Of a stretch of 64,000 nucleotides of DNA, positions 62,484-64,000 are shown piece by piece (position 1 is the first letter of the stretch; every line of letters begins with the position of its first letter). The position numbers and the translations under genes were made by a program. The notes beneath the pieces were generated by a model that was not told where the DNA came from, ran no database searches, and worked only from the letters and a program-made list of their open reading frames with translations. Source of the stretch: Pseudomonas aeruginosa PAO1 (GTDB lineage: Bacteria; Pseudomonadota; Gammaproteobacteria; Pseudomonadales; Pseudomonadaceae); the NCBI RefSeq assembly GCF_000006765.1, contig NC_002516.2; one strand, 5' to 3'.

Positions 62484-63893
62484 ATGTCGTACAAGTCGCA
62501 CCAACTGATCAAAGACCATGACGTGAAGTGGGTAGACCTGCGCTTCACCGATACCAAGGGCAAGCAGCAACACGTCACCATGCCGGCTCGCGACGCGCTG
62601 GACGATGAGTTCTTCGAAGCCGGCAAGATGTTCGACGGCTCCTCCATCGCCGGCTGGAAAGGCATCGAAGCCTCCGACATGATCCTGATGCCGGACGACA
62701 GCACCGCCGTCCTCGATCCGTTCACCGAAGAGCCGACCCTGATCCTGGTCTGCGACATCATCGAGCCGAGCACCATGCAAGGCTACGAGCGCGACCCGCG
62801 CAACATCGCCAAGCGCGCCGAGGAGTACCTGAAGTCCACCGGCATCGGCGACACCGTGTTCGTCGGCCCGGAGCCGGAGTTCTTCATCTTCGACGAAGTG
62901 AAGTTCAAGTCCGACATCTCCGGCTCGATGTTCAAGATCTTCTCCGAGCAGGCTTCCTGGAACACCGACGCCGACATCGAGTCCGGCAACAAGGGCCATC
63001 GCCCGGGCGTGAAGGGCGGCTACTTCCCGGTACCGCCGGTCGACCACGACCATGAAATCCGCACCGCCATGTGCAACGCCCTGGAAGAAATGGGCCTGGT
63101 GGTCGAAGTCCACCACCACGAAGTGGCAACCGCCGGCCAGAACGAGATCGGCGTGAAGTTCAACACCCTGGTCGCCAAGGCCGACGAAGTGCAGACCCTG
63201 AAGTACTGCGTGCACAACGTCGCCGACGCCTACGGCAAGACCGTGACCTTCATGCCGAAGCCGCTGTACGGCGACAACGGTTCGGGCATGCACGTGCACA
63301 TGTCGATCTCCAAGGACGGCAAGAACACCTTCGCCGGCGAAGGCTATGCCGGCCTGTCCGAGACCGCCCTGTACTTCATCGGCGGCATCATCAAGCACGG
63401 CAAGGCCCTGAACGGCTTCACCAACCCCTCGACCAACTCCTACAAGCGCCTGGTCCCGGGCTTCGAAGCTCCGGTGATGCTGGCCTACTCGGCGCGCAAC
63501 CGTTCCGCCTCGATCCGTATCCCCTACGTATCCAGCCCGAAGGCCCGCCGTATCGAAGCGCGCTTCCCGGACCCGGCAGCCAACCCCTACCTGGCCTTCG
63601 CCGCGCTGCTGATGGCCGGCCTGGACGGCATCCAGAACAAGATCCACCCCGGCGATGCCGCCGACAAGAACCTGTACGACCTGCCGCCGGAAGAGGCGAA
63701 GGAAATCCCGCAGGTTTGCGGCAGCCTGAAAGAGGCGCTGGAAGAACTCGACAAGGGCCGCGCGTTCCTGACCAAGGGCGGCGTGTTCACCGACGAGTTC
63801 ATCGATGCCTACATCGAGCTGAAGAGCGAAGAAGAGATCAAGGTGCGCACCTTCGTGCACCCGCTGGAATACGACCTGTACTACAGCGTCTGA
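62484..63893 (+). CDS. glnA: Glutamine synthetase type I
   Basis: 469 aa; [41 protein letters not shown], adenylylation site NLYDLP. Confidence 0.98.
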   Translation: MSYKSHQLIKDHDVKWVDLRFTDTKGKQQHVTMPARDALDDEFFEAGKMFDGSSIAGWKGIEASDMILMPDDSTAVLDPFTEEPTLILVCDIIEPSTMQGYERDPRNIAKRAEEYLKSTGIGDTVFVGPEPEFFIFDEVKFKSDISGSMFKIFSEQASWNTDADIESGNKGHRPGVKGGYFPVPPVDHDHEIRTAMCNALEEMGLVVEVHHHEVATAGQNEIGVKFNTLVAKADEVQTLKYCVHNVADAYGKTVTFMPKPLYGDNGSGMHVHMSISKDGKNTFAGEGYAGLSETALYFIGGIIKHGKALNGFTNPSTNSYKRLVPGFEAPVMLAYSARNRSASIRIPYVSSPKARRIEARFPDPAANPYLAFAALLMAGLDGIQNKIHPGDAADKNLYDLPPEEAKEIPQVCGSLKEALEELDKGRAFLTKGGVFTDEFIDAYIELKSEEEIKVRTFVHPLEYDLYYSV

Positions 63894-63928
63894 TCCACCC
63901 TTTCCTATAACAACGAGTCACCCTCTTG

Positions 63929-63953
63929 AGGCCTCCTTCGGGAGGCCTTTTTT
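63929..63953 (+). terminator. Intrinsic terminator of glnA
   Basis: AGGCCTCC-TTCG-GGAGGCCT followed by a T run. Confidence 0.9.
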
Positions 63954-64000
63954 ATGGGCCGGCCCATGGAGAAACGCAAAGTTCGCCGCGCCGTTCGGTT

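Overview
GC-rich Pseudomonas chromosomal DNA. Gene order and protein sequences match my recollection of the P. aeruginosa PAO1 PA5064-PA5119 interval (recalled, not searched). Contents in order: ubiJ(3' end)-ubiB-hisIE-tatABC-RsmE-family gene; an HBM-type chemoreceptor with a sigma-28-like promoter; a polar amino-acid ABC transporter; opgGH; dtd/pip; the D-glutamate dguRABC cluster; a type VI secretion vgrG-phospholipase D-triple immunity islet (AT-rich at the immunity end); an extended histidine utilisation (hut) locus; blc, fbp, gloA, estA; a DUF3999/DUF2339-like membrane pair; a methyltransferase/MerR pair; typA, thiI, glnA. I saw no IS, integrase, CRISPR array, tRNA or rRNA. The best candidates for under-described biology are: (1) a hutH paralog lacking the MIO-forming Ala-Ser-Gly, encoded with a betaine-type ABC transporter, possibly catabolising an N-methylated histidine (hercynine/ergothioneine-like); (2) a separately promoted three-gene module (paralogous binding protein, desaturase-superfamily enzyme, signal-less binding-protein fold) inside the hut locus; (3) a MerR regulator with a SoxR-box-like operator in a 19-bp-spacer promoter driving a SAM methyltransferase; (4) a multi-repeat membrane protein plus a discoidin-like anchored partner upstream of estA.
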